Shown: one piece after another, positions 8,013-16,137 of the stretch
Layout of the letters: each line of letters starts with the position of its first letter
How positions within the stretch are numbered: position 1 is the first letter of the stretch
Origin: Candidatus Bathyarchaeia archaeon
Lineage (GTDB): Archaea > Thermoproteota > Bathyarchaeia > Bathyarchaeales > Bathycorpusculaceae
Direction of reading: 5' to 3'
DNA: 16,137 bases
NCBI GenBank assembly: GCA_038882655.1
Contig: JAVZNT010000019.1
Coordinates: 1 to 16,137, forward strand
Position numbers and translations under genes: made by a program
The notes under the pieces: model-generated
The model's input: only the letters and a program-made list of their open reading frames with translations
The model's database searches: none
Told to the model about the DNA's origin: nothing

Positions 8013-9152
8013 TTATTGTCCTATGCCTATCGTGTTCCCAACACCAGCAATAATAACCTTGTCGCCCTCCTTAGTCCTTTCTAGTACCACTTGCCTAATT
8101 CTTTCAATGGTTTTATCGGCAGCCTCAAAAATCTCCTTGCGCATCGGTGAAACCGCATCGCCAATATCCTCCTTAATTATGACAGCGTTTATAGGAATGC
8201 GATACTTCAGAATTGTCTCCTCAATTTTGAACTGGTCAACGCCAGGACCCCCTATGGCTGCGCCCACACCTTCAGCTACTTCGCCAACATCCTCACCTTC
8301 AAGCTTTAAGGCAGCGTCAATCATTATTATGTTGGCTATTTTGCCCTCATTCTCCTCAATAATCGTTTTAATGGCATCTCCGGGCTTTCCGACGTTTCCG
8401 CCTGGACCCTCAGCTTTTATAACGTAGGCGGTTCTCCCTTCAAAGGGAACTTCAGCTACAACACAGTCTTTAGGAACTTTACGCGCTTGATGCCCATGCA
8501 TAAGTTTAGCCGCTACAAGGGCGCCGACACCATCACCAATGGGCTGACCATAGGCAAAAGCTTTAAGGGCACTTGCATAGGCTTCAGCTTCCCGCATGAC
8601 CAAGGGCAGAATCATCTGAATCTGCATTATAATGTAGAGGCTTAACGTTTTCTTCCCAAGCAAATAATAATGCCTTATAACCTTGTAAATGAAGTTTAAA
8701 GCCATAGCAGCCTCAAGAGTATTTTCCAAATTATTCGCTTGAGTCTCATCAGCCGCTGGGGCGATAAGCTTAACCTCATCCTTGAAGCGAGTATCCCTAA
8801 CGTCTAATATGTGTTCAAGCTTCCACACAATTCCAGCCGGGTCGAGGCTTTGAGGAGTAATGGTGAAATATTCTAGGAAGCGGTCAACCCTAGCAGAGGG
8901 GTCTATCTGGGGCTTTCCAATCTCCTTAATGGTTTCTATGGCTATCCTCCGACCCTCATCTCGGATATACTTCAACTTGTATAGGCTGCCCTCAACCTCC
9001 CTAAGCATAATGTAAAGCTGAATACGTTGACCATAAAATATGGAAATAAATATGAAGGCATAAATTATGAGGGACAAAATCTGTGAGAATATATCTCCTT
9101 GAAATCGAATAAGCTGACTTTTAAGAACGAACAGCGCTGCCACTAGATTCAC
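8013..9152 (-). CDS. DUF1512 family protein (membrane anchored)
   Basis: N-terminal TM segment, then LDPAGIV, PIGDGVGALVA, KAEGPGGNVGKPG, IDAALKLEGE, GAAIGGPG and GVGNTIGIGQ. The GTG start has an AGGTGA RBS. Confidence 0.85.
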   Translation of the reverse strand: MNLVAALFVLKSQLIRFQGDIFSQILSLIIYAFIFISIFYGQRIQLYIMLREVEGSLYKLKYIRDEGRRIAIETIKEIGKPQIDPSARVDRFLEYFTITPQSLDPAGIVWKLEHILDVRDTRFKDEVKLIAPAADETQANNLENTLEAAMALNFIYKVIRHYYLLGKKTLSLYIIMQIQMILPLVMREAEAYASALKAFAYGQPIGDGVGALVAAKLMHGHQARKVPKDCVVAEVPFEGRTAYVIKAEGPGGNVGKPGDAIKTIIEENEGKIANIIMIDAALKLEGEDVGEVAEGVGAAIGGPGVDQFKIEETILKYRIPINAVIIKEDIGDAVSPMRKEIFEAADKTIERIRQVVLERTKEGDKVIIAGVGNTIGIGQ

Positions 9153-9228
9153 AGACTCACCTTCCGAAAAACTAGCAAAAGCCTAGTTATAAATTTTAGG
9201 ATATTCCAAGTTTATTCGCACAATAGAA

Positions 9229-10026
9229 TCAGATATAATTCAAGTTTTTCAATATCATGTTAACGCTTGCTGCCATAAGCATGGCTGCAAAAACAAGGTT
9301 CAAGCTTCTGCTTGAAAGCTTCCTACTCGTATAGGCGCCAACTTGCGCTCCAACAACAGAGCCTATTCCAAGATAAACGGCGTAGAGAGCGTTCACGTTC
9401 CCTTGTTGTATATGGTTGGCTACTCCAGAAATTGACGTGAAAATCATGATGAACATGGAGGTAGGTATAGCAAAATGTATTGGAAAACTAAGCGCGTAGC
9501 ACATAACTGGGACGAGGACGACTCCTCCACCTATGCCTAAAAGCCCAGAAGCCACTCCGCCGAAAAAACTTAAAAATAAACCGTAAAGCATTTTCCGCCC
9601 GTTATGAAGCAGTTCTTTTTCGAAGGCAGCATCAACCACGCCGCATGCCTTAACAGATTTCATGGAAAACGCTTTGTAAATCATTTGAAAAGCAACAAAA
9701 ATTAGGAAGACGCCAAAAATAACGCCGAGCCACATTTTCACAGCTGGAACAGCTGTGATAGATGCTCCAACATAGCCTCCTGGCGCAGTAGCACAGGCTA
9801 GGGCTAAACCAGTTTTAACATAGACACGGTTTTGTTTCAGATAATTGACGGAGGAAGCTATAGACGTGACTATTATTGTGGCTAGGCTTGTGCCTATGGC
9901 TGTTACTGGTTCAAAGTTGTAAAGAAGCGTTAATAAGGGGACTATGAATATTCCGCCTCCGACGCCTGTTAAAGCTGCAGCTATACTTATCAAAAAGCCG
10001 AAGAGTGGAAGCAGCAACTCCCACAT
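9229..10026 (-). CDS. TauE/SafE (TSUP) family sulfite exporter-like membrane protein
   Basis: Duplicated GVGGG / GIGGG..VP motifs, A.GTS / A.PTS motifs and about 8 TM segments. Alternative start is TTG 10032. Confidence 0.9.
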   Translation of the reverse strand: MWELLLPLFGFLISIAAALTGVGGGIFIVPLLTLLYNFEPVTAIGTSLATIIVTSIASSVNYLKQNRVYVKTGLALACATAPGGYVGASITAVPAVKMWLGVIFGVFLIFVAFQMIYKAFSMKSVKACGVVDAAFEKELLHNGRKMLYGLFLSFFGGVASGLLGIGGGVVLVPVMCYALSFPIHFAIPTSMFIMIFTSISGVANHIQQGNVNALYAVYLGIGSVVGAQVGAYTSRKLSSRSLNLVFAAMLMAASVNMILKNLNYI

Positions 10027-10298
10027 GCCCAAATTTCTCCGATGGCAACGTTCGTAAAGAAATAATACACTTGCCGACCGCTATTTAAGGTGTAACCTTT
10101 TTCAGAAAATTTTTCAGGGCTGAGGATGCCGCTTGCCCATCCAAAATCAAAGTTACATGCAACCCAGACCTTCGCCGCCATCATGCCACTAGCATTTGTG
10201 ACACCATTAACGTCAATGGTAGCGCTTTCATCCCGGATAAATCAGATAGCATAAACCATGCAAAATAGAAATTAGACGTTTAATAAGCTATCCATGAA

Positions 10299-10424
10299 GG
10301 GGCTGCCAGCTTTCCCGGCTTCGCGTGGCCGAAGACCACACTACAACCGGGAACGGAGCGCGGTTTAACTTCCGAGTTCGGAATGGGATCGGGTGGAACC
10401 CGCGCCCTATGGCCGGCAAACCCC
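10299..10424 (-). rRNA. rrf: 5S ribosomal RNA (stand-alone)
   Basis: The minus strand contains GGCCAUAG...CCCGAUCCCAUUCCGAACUCGGAAGUUAA with terminal helix UGCCGGC/GCUGGCA (10412-10418/10304-10310). A BRE/TATA-like GCGAAAAGTTAAT lies upstream. The ends are uncertain by a few nt. Confidence 0.97.
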
Positions 10425-10474
10425 AGAATACTCGTTAAAGCTTTACTCATTAACTTTTCGCTTTCTATTGAACG

Positions 10475-11404
10475 CTAGCCTTCTCCTTTTAACAGGGTTT
10501 CCCATATTCCGAAGCCGCCGACGGTTTCTGGACGCTCAACGGGGTTGTACCACTGCTTCTTTGTGCCTATTTTCGCCCGCATTTTCCAACCGAAAGTTTT
10601 TGGCTCTTTGTCTACAGCCTCTAACATCGTGTCTATTTTCCGGGTTATCTCTTCCTTGTCTTCTTTCCCAATTTGTTTAGGGTTTATGTTTGCTTGTGAG
10701 CCAAGCTTGTCAATTTCAGTCAGAAATGCCTTCATTTTTTTGAGGTTTGTTGTGGCTGTGTACCAGAAGCCCCAGTCTTGGGCTAGAATTTTCGCTATGT
10801 ATGATGCGTCTATGCTTTCCTTTTCTGGTTTTTGGCTCACGCCGTGGGCTTTTAGAAGCAGCAAGCAGTCTTTAAGGTCTTTTGCGCTGAAGGCTTCCCA
10901 CATCTGGATTTTTTCAAGAAGCATGTCTGTAACCGTTATCGTCGGATAGTCAAGTTCAAGCCTTCCCTTAAAATCGATGGGGTGGTTCGCTACCAAAAGC
11001 TTGTCGAAGAAAACATCGACATAAAACCATCCTTTCGGGTGAAAGTAAATTTGCCTTTCAGAAGCCGCTGTAGAAAGAGTGGCCCTCCTTTTTGCATAGC
11101 CCAGCCTGTCGAACAACTCCTTAACTTTTTCTCTATAGCCGCGGTATGAGACTAAGTCTATGTCGCTGTACTCTTGACCTTCAACCATGCCAGTTCCAAT
11201 TCTCCCAAGCTTCTGGGCGAAATCTCTATGCTCCCGACAGTGAATTGCTATGCTTAACCCACCTAAAATCCTTAAAATTACGCCTTCGTCTCTGGCTCTT
11301 TCAACAATTCTCTGGGACTCTTGAAGGAAAATTTCTGTTGGGACCACACCCTTCCACTCTTCCGGAAGCTCACGCCTAATTTCTCTATCAAGAAGCCAGG
11401 CCAT
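10475..11404 (-). CDS. Uncharacterised Pol-beta-superfamily nucleotidyltransferase-like protein
   Basis: LRILGGLSIAIH...YSDIDLV...VDVFFD fits the hG[GS]...DhD...D NTase signature. Later motifs are LLEKIQ, KDLKD and DWGFWYT. Confidence 0.7.
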   Translation of the reverse strand: MAWLLDREIRRELPEEWKGVVPTEIFLQESQRIVERARDEGVILRILGGLSIAIHCREHRDFAQKLGRIGTGMVEGQEYSDIDLVSYRGYREKVKELFDRLGYAKRRATLSTAASERQIYFHPKGWFYVDVFFDKLLVANHPIDFKGRLELDYPTITVTDMLLEKIQMWEAFSAKDLKDCLLLLKAHGVSQKPEKESIDASYIAKILAQDWGFWYTATTNLKKMKAFLTEIDKLGSQANINPKQIGKEDKEEITRKIDTMLEAVDKEPKTFGWKMRAKIGTKKQWYNPVERPETVGGFGIWETLLKGEG

Positions 11405-11413
11405 GGCTCGCCT

Positions 11414-12388
11414 CTATCCCTCTATTCTTTGAAGTCTTGTCATCTTGTTGCCTTTAAACTCTATTAGAAAGGCCCTTAAAATTCCCTCCGCGTATTCGCT
11501 TCCAGGGTTCACGCAGTATGTCCTCCCAATCTTCATGGAGCCCGCCGCCTCATGTATATGCCCGTGAAGCCCGAGGAATGGCTGGTACTTTTCAATCATC
11601 TTCCTAACAGCTTTAGAGCCTACCGGAACCATGACAACGCTTCCGCTCTGGATTACTGGGTTTAAGTCTTTGTCTAAGAGCGGAGCTTCGTCAAGTTTTG
11701 ACTGGTATGGCGGAGCGTGAAAGTTGAAGATGGCATTTTCAACATTTTTAACTTGGGAGATGTATTTTTCAAGGCGCTCCTCAAGCTTTTCTTCTTCTTC
11801 TTCGCGAGATGTTTTCCATGGACTTGGATTTACCCATCCGCAGCTTACCATCTCATGCGAGTCGTCAATTTCTACGACTTTTCCTTCTCCGTTTATTACG
11901 TGTTTGTGGCTGTTCACTATTTCGTCAACCACTGGCCTATCGTCGTTTCCTGGGCATACGACAACTCGTGTTTCGCTTGGAACCTTCTGGGGGATGAGGT
12001 CAAGCCAGCTTTTTATTGTTGAAGCCATGACTTTGTGAAAAACTTCGTCAACTTTTTTGGGGGTTTTAACCATTTCCTCATATTCGATTTCATCCGTTAA
12101 GTAGGGGTAGTAGCCTATACCCCTTATCTCTTTTAGGGCTTTTTCTATGTCGCTTTCATCCACCATGTGGGTTCTCTTCAGATGATAGTAGGAGTACTTG
12201 CCATCCTTATGTTTGACAACAGGCACTAGCATTTTCCCTGTTAGGTCGCCGCCACAAATTGCCGCGTCAACCTTAAGCATTGCAGAAGCGTTAAGAAACT
12301 TCCGCCAAACACCCTCAGAACCATGCATGTCTGTGGCAAACAGAATCCTCGTCTCAACTTCCTTCTTCCGTTTAAATAGAAACGACAC
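11414..12388 (-). CDS. Calcineurin-like metallophosphoesterase (Icc-related)
   Basis: Motifs DMHGS, GGDLTGK, PGNDD, FHAPP, HGHIHE and NPGS. It ends 9 nt before the NTase start. Confidence 0.9.
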   Translation of the reverse strand: MSFLFKRKKEVETRILFATDMHGSEGVWRKFLNASAMLKVDAAICGGDLTGKMLVPVVKHKDGKYSYYHLKRTHMVDESDIEKALKEIRGIGYYPYLTDEIEYEEMVKTPKKVDEVFHKVMASTIKSWLDLIPQKVPSETRVVVCPGNDDRPVVDEIVNSHKHVINGEGKVVEIDDSHEMVSCGWVNPSPWKTSREEEEEKLEERLEKYISQVKNVENAIFNFHAPPYQSKLDEAPLLDKDLNPVIQSGSVVMVPVGSKAVRKMIEKYQPFLGLHGHIHEAAGSMKIGRTYCVNPGSEYAEGILRAFLIEFKGNKMTRLQRIEG

Positions 12389-12427
12389 TCTAAATCATTC
12401 CCTACAACGTTTTCCATACTAGAATCA

Positions 12428-12480
12428 CGAATCGCGCTATTTAAATTTAGAGTTCATGGAAAGTTTTAAATTCGAATCGA
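12428..12480. promoter_or_regulatory. Divergent promoter pair with two CGAATCG boxes
   Basis: TATA-like ATTTAAAT (12439-12446) and GGAAAG-TTTTAAAT (TATA at 12464-12471). CGAATCG occurs at 12428-12434 and 12473-12479. Confidence 0.45.
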
Positions 12481-12512
12481 GTTGAAATTAGATATCTGGG
12501 TGTTATAAGAAA

Positions 12513-14291
12513 ATGGCTTCAAGCAAGCCTGGACTTTTTGCTAGAGAAGCAACCGGCCTCGTGAGAGAGATAGGCTTCACCTTAGGCGTCATCATAATCC
12601 TAAGCCATGTTGTCGGGTTAGGCTGGCAGAAACGCGCATTCCAATTCACAGGACCAGTGCCGATGCCCACAAACGAAATGCCTTTAGGCTTGCCAGCAAT
12701 GTTTTGGGCTTTTCTAATCTGCGGAATTATTGTGTTGATCACTGGTTATGCTGCAGGATATGTAGCAGCAGCCATGCCACGTTCAGGCGGAGGCTACGTC
12801 ACAATCTCAAGAATTATACATCCATCGGTGGGTTATATCGCGGGATGGCTAATGTTCCTCGCGGAAGCATTCTCGTATGGATTGATCGGTGTGGCTGTAT
12901 TTGAGGGAATATCAATCTTCTATAACATAGCTCTGGCGCCCACAACCATTCCATTTGGGACCGCTGAACTTTTCATAGGCGGACTCGTAATAGTGTGGAT
13001 TTTCGCTATAATCGCGCTATTGGGAACAAAGCTCTACGGGCGACTGATGGAGGTGATATTCTACATACCAGCTGCTATAACAATAATATTCTTTGCAATG
13101 TGGGTTGCAGGCGTAATGAACCCAAGTCTTGTTGAGGAAGGAATAAAGAGTGTAATGGGTGTCACACCAAAAAGCATTGTTGACTTGGCCATCCAAGGGG
13201 GAATGTTAGAGGCGAAAACTGGTTTCTTTAGTGCATTCTCTGTTGCGCTGGGTGGTGCGTTTTGGGCTTACATGGGATGGTACGCCACAACATTTGTAGC
13301 TGGTGAGGTTAAAGAAGCTAACAAAAAACTTCCTCAAGTGCTTCTAGTTGCAGGATTAGTAATAATGATAATTTATTTGCTTGCTTCATCATTATCCGCG
13401 GCCTCTACAATGAAGGTAGCTGTCGACACAACCTCTGACGTGGGAAACGAGTGGAGCTTTTATCAAGCATACTCGTTCCTAAGTTACGGTGATGTCAACT
13501 GGACGGCAGTATACAAACATGTAGGAGTTGACTCGAACGTTACAAAATACGGTGAAGGAAACTGGACGCACATAGCACAAAGCCCGAAACCTGAGTTTCA
13601 TGGAATTAACTTCCAAAGCGCTTGGAGTACTGGTATAGCCTCGATAATTGCTAGAGGCATGAATCTGGGAATCCTCTCGTGGCTAATCGCCTTAGGTGGT
13701 GTGCTCTGGATTGCTAACGACATTCCACCGTTCTTGCTTGTGGCTTCTAGGACTTTCTTCGCCATGTCCTTTGACAGAATGATGCCTGAAAAGTTTGCCT
13801 ACGTCAGCGAAAGATGGCATGCACCAGTGTGGTCAATAATAATAACTGCGGTTTTCGCCATTCCAGCATGTATGGCTGAGGCAAATTTCCCGAAGGGCGC
13901 CGCTGACTACTTGGCATTCGCGGGGGTTGTTGGCACTGACATATTTGACGCGTTCTTCCTAACACTGTTCTGTGTTTCGTGTATGCTACTTCCATTGGAA
14001 AGAAAGGAAATCTACGACCGAGCAGCTGTTAAGCATTCGGTGGGCGCTGTTACGACCCTAGGATTTATAGCAACATTGGGAGGAGCCTTCTGCTTCTACA
14101 TCTTCATAAAGGAGTCACCATGGATATGGTCCCTCTTCACAACAGGCGCTAAAACCGCAGATATAATAAGCGCTTGCGGATTCTTTGGCTGCATAATCGT
14201 TGGTATACTGCTGTACGTCTACTACATGTACAAGAACACCACTAGAGGCGTTGACATGCGCACGCTATATCTCAGCATACCGCCAGAATAG
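12513..14291 (+). CDS. APC-superfamily amino acid/amine permease
   Basis: About 12 TM segments with GLFAREATGLVRE, AMPRSGGGY, AGEVK, SRTFFAMSFDR and a C-terminal IPPE. Confidence 0.92.
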   Translation: MASSKPGLFAREATGLVREIGFTLGVIIILSHVVGLGWQKRAFQFTGPVPMPTNEMPLGLPAMFWAFLICGIIVLITGYAAGYVAAAMPRSGGGYVTISRIIHPSVGYIAGWLMFLAEAFSYGLIGVAVFEGISIFYNIALAPTTIPFGTAELFIGGLVIVWIFAIIALLGTKLYGRLMEVIFYIPAAITIIFFAMWVAGVMNPSLVEEGIKSVMGVTPKSIVDLAIQGGMLEAKTGFFSAFSVALGGAFWAYMGWYATTFVAGEVKEANKKLPQVLLVAGLVIMIIYLLASSLSAASTMKVAVDTTSDVGNEWSFYQAYSFLSYGDVNWTAVYKHVGVDSNVTKYGEGNWTHIAQSPKPEFHGINFQSAWSTGIASIIARGMNLGILSWLIALGGVLWIANDIPPFLLVASRTFFAMSFDRMMPEKFAYVSERWHAPVWSIIITAVFAIPACMAEANFPKGAADYLAFAGVVGTDIFDAFFLTLFCVSCMLLPLERKEIYDRAAVKHSVGAVTTLGFIATLGGAFCFYIFIKESPWIWSLFTTGAKTADIISACGFFGCIIVGILLYVYYMYKNTTRGVDMRTLYLSIPPE

Positions 14292-14303
14292 CCTTAAATA
14301 CCC

Positions 14304-14320
14304 TCCCTTTTTATTTTTAA
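14304..14320 (+). terminator. Pyrimidine/T-rich archaeal-type terminator after the APC gene
   Basis: TCCCTTTTTATTTTTAA begins 13 nt after the stop codon. Confidence 0.45.
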
Positions 14321-14346
14321 ACCGCAAAGGAAATGGTGTTTCAAAC

Positions 14347-15249
14347 GTGCATGAACTAAATTTTGCCATCGATATGATAGAAGAGCAGCTAGTAAGGGGA
14401 AATCTAAGGTGGCTCGCCAACTTCAGTGAAATCCATAAAGACTACATGATTGACGATGTAACTTTCCCATTATACGCGTCCGGCGGCCTCCAAGAGAAAG
14501 GATTTTTCCTATCAAAAATTTTCTCAGCGCTGGTCACACCAAGATACAAAATTCACCTACTAATCTATACGGAGCAAAATTTTGACCCAAAACTCATTAG
14601 AAAACTGGTTTTGGCTTGCAAAAACAAGTTTGGCTCTGAAGACTGGATTTTTCTAGGACTTGTCCAAAACGAAGCCTTCCAAAAAGCCACAAAAGAGGTT
14701 GTCGCCCACACGGCGGACAAAAATGTCGGCATAGTCGCTTACAGTCTTGCATCAAGGGAGAGAGTAACTTCAGAAAATGTTCTCGGAAAAGGCTTGGCAA
14801 AACAGTTAAATTTGACAGAGGCTAAGTTTGAAGCCTTTGACCTGCCAAACTATTTGAAAAGCTTCACAATAACATTTTTCTTCGTGGTGTTGTTCCTCGT
14901 GTTCCTAACGGTTTCCGGTATACAAAACATTGTTAACCCCTTATCCGTACTAATAGCCATTGCAGTTTCGCTTTTGGCTGGTTATCGCCTCTACAAGGTT
15001 CGTTATCATACAGTACTTTCTCTAAATAGCAAAGGCTTCCAACTCTGGGAAGGCAGAAACGTAAAAGAGGGGAAGTGGACCAATTTTTCAGAAGTATCCA
15101 TTTATATAACACCAAAGCGCGAAACATGTTTGAAGCTCTATTCAAAAAATGGAACGTTTGACTTGCCGCTTTCAAGAACTGGATTATCAAGAAAAGAAAC
15201 ATATTCGATGATTAAAAGATTAATAAAGGAAAGCGAAAAAACTGGGTAA
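14347..15249 (+). CDS. Hypothetical membrane protein (soluble alpha/beta N-domain, 2 TM, beta-rich C-domain)
   Basis: Long open frame. GTG 14347 (MHELNFAID...) follows a GGTG RBS and is preferred over the track's 14200 start, which overlaps the APC gene and its terminator. Confidence 0.75.
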   Translation: MHELNFAIDMIEEQLVRGNLRWLANFSEIHKDYMIDDVTFPLYASGGLQEKGFFLSKIFSALVTPRYKIHLLIYTEQNFDPKLIRKLVLACKNKFGSEDWIFLGLVQNEAFQKATKEVVAHTADKNVGIVAYSLASRERVTSENVLGKGLAKQLNLTEAKFEAFDLPNYLKSFTITFFFVVLFLVFLTVSGIQNIVNPLSVLIAIAVSLLAGYRLYKVRYHTVLSLNSKGFQLWEGRNVKEGKWTNFSEVSIYITPKRETCLKLYSKNGTFDLPLSRTGLSRKETYSMIKRLIKESEKTG

Positions 15250-15324
15250 TTTCTCTTTCCGAAAAACCGTTATCTAACATAGCGTAAATATTCTTGCAGT
15301 AATCAGCCATTTAGGAGATAGTCT

Positions 15325-16137
15325 ATGGAAAAAATAGCTGTTATCGGCGCGGGAGTGATTGGTGGAGCAATAGTTAAGAGCCTCTTAAAGAGGGGATATC
15401 AAGGTAATGTTATCGCTACGAGACGCAATTTGGAAAAACTTAAGGAATTTGAAGGTTTAGGAGCCTATATCTCCACAAACAACAAAGAAGCTGCTGAAAA
15501 AGCTGACATCGTTTTTCTCTGTGTTAAACCAAACGATGTAGAGAGAGTATTACGGGAGATAAGCGAAGAAATCGATGGCAAAATTGTTATTTCCACAGCA
15601 GCAACCGTTCCCCTACAGTTTTACAAGAGTATAGCCCCGAAGGCTAAGTTTGTTAGGACTATGCCTAATATCGCCGCCTTAGTGCAGGAATCCTTTACGG
15701 CCTACTGCTGTGACAGCGGTCTAAACAATGAAGAAAAGGGGAGGGTTAAGAGGCTCTTGGACACAATGGGCATATCCGAGGAGGTTGAAGAAAAGTATAT
15801 GGATGCCATAACAGCCCTAAGTGGAAGTGGACCAGGCTACATTTCCATAATCATAGAAGCCTTAATGTATGCTGGATTAAAAGTTGGCTTGCCAAGAGAC
15901 CTCGCCCTATACAGTTCCGCCCAAACAGTCTTAGGAACTGGAAAACTAATCCTTGAGACTAGGGAGCATCCATCAAAGATAAAGGATATGGTAACGACGC
16001 CCGGCGGCACAACAATTGAAGCTATATTCGAACTTGAAGGAAGTCAAATACGTCAAGCTTTGATGAAGGCTGTTGAAGAAGCTACAAATAAATGTGACAA
16101 GATCCGAGAAAGACTAGGCGTAAATGCTAACAAGGTC
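15325..16137 (+). CDS. proC: Pyrroline-5-carboxylate reductase (stop lies beyond the window)
   Basis: Manual translation gives MEKIAVIGAGVIG, CVKP, VRTMPN, TALSGSGPGY and VTTPGGTTI. It has an AGGAGA RBS and 271 codons with no stop. Confidence 0.95.
   Translation, partial: MEKIAVIGAGVIGGAIVKSLLKRGYQGNVIATRRNLEKLKEFEGLGAYISTNNKEAAEKADIVFLCVKPNDVERVLREISEEIDGKIVISTAATVPLQFYKSIAPKAKFVRTMPNIAALVQESFTAYCCDSGLNNEEKGRVKRLLDTMGISEEVEEKYMDAITALSGSGPGYISIIIEALMYAGLKVGLPRDLALYSSAQTVLGTGKLILETREHPSKIKDMVTTPGGTTIEAIFELEGSQIRQALMKAVEEATNKCDKIRERLGVNANKV

Noticed and set aside
10299-10424. 5S gene unlinked from 16S-23S as a novelty
   Set aside because: This is a normal arrangement in many archaea, including TACK lineages.
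10393-10680. ORF overlapping the 5S gene and the NTase end
   Set aside because: It is antisense to the rRNA and to a real CDS, so it is a shadow ORF.
10475-12388. CBASS or toxin-antitoxin (MNT-HEPN, AbiE) defence interpretation of the NTase
   Set aside because: No HEPN, Cap effector or mobile-element context is present. The neighbours are a transporter and housekeeping genes, which favours a metabolic or regulatory role.
1375-15202. Numerous 60-135 aa ORFs antisense to or out of frame within the main genes
   Set aside because: They overlap confident CDSs and show no recognisable motifs.
1-16137. CRISPR arrays, tRNAs, transposases or integrases
   Set aside because: No regularly spaced repeats, cloverleaf with T-loop consensus, or recombinase motifs were seen by eye.

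Overview
Archaeal chromosomal window. The archaeal-type aaRSs, type II MetAP, DUF1512, stand-alone 5S rRNA and TATA/BRE promoters point to TACK archaea, and Bathyarchaeia is my unverified guess. From left to right: the 5' end of tyrS (absent from the ORF track); a ~245-nt structured RNA with K-turns and ACA boxes; a decayed aspartic-protease fragment; pheT-pheS divergent from trpS; a flavin reductase; a metallo-beta-lactamase-fold hydrolase; map; a Zn-ribbon membrane protein with DUF1512; a TauE/SafE exporter; a lone 5S rRNA gene; an uncharacterised nucleotidyltransferase + metallophosphoesterase operon divergent from an APC permease; a membrane protein; and proC (runs off the end). The two best candidates for undescribed biology are the H/ACA-like RNA with nested architecture (149-392, minus) and the NTase/phosphoesterase/APC module (10475-14291). 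All calls come from reading the sequence and recalled family motifs. No searches or folding programs were run.
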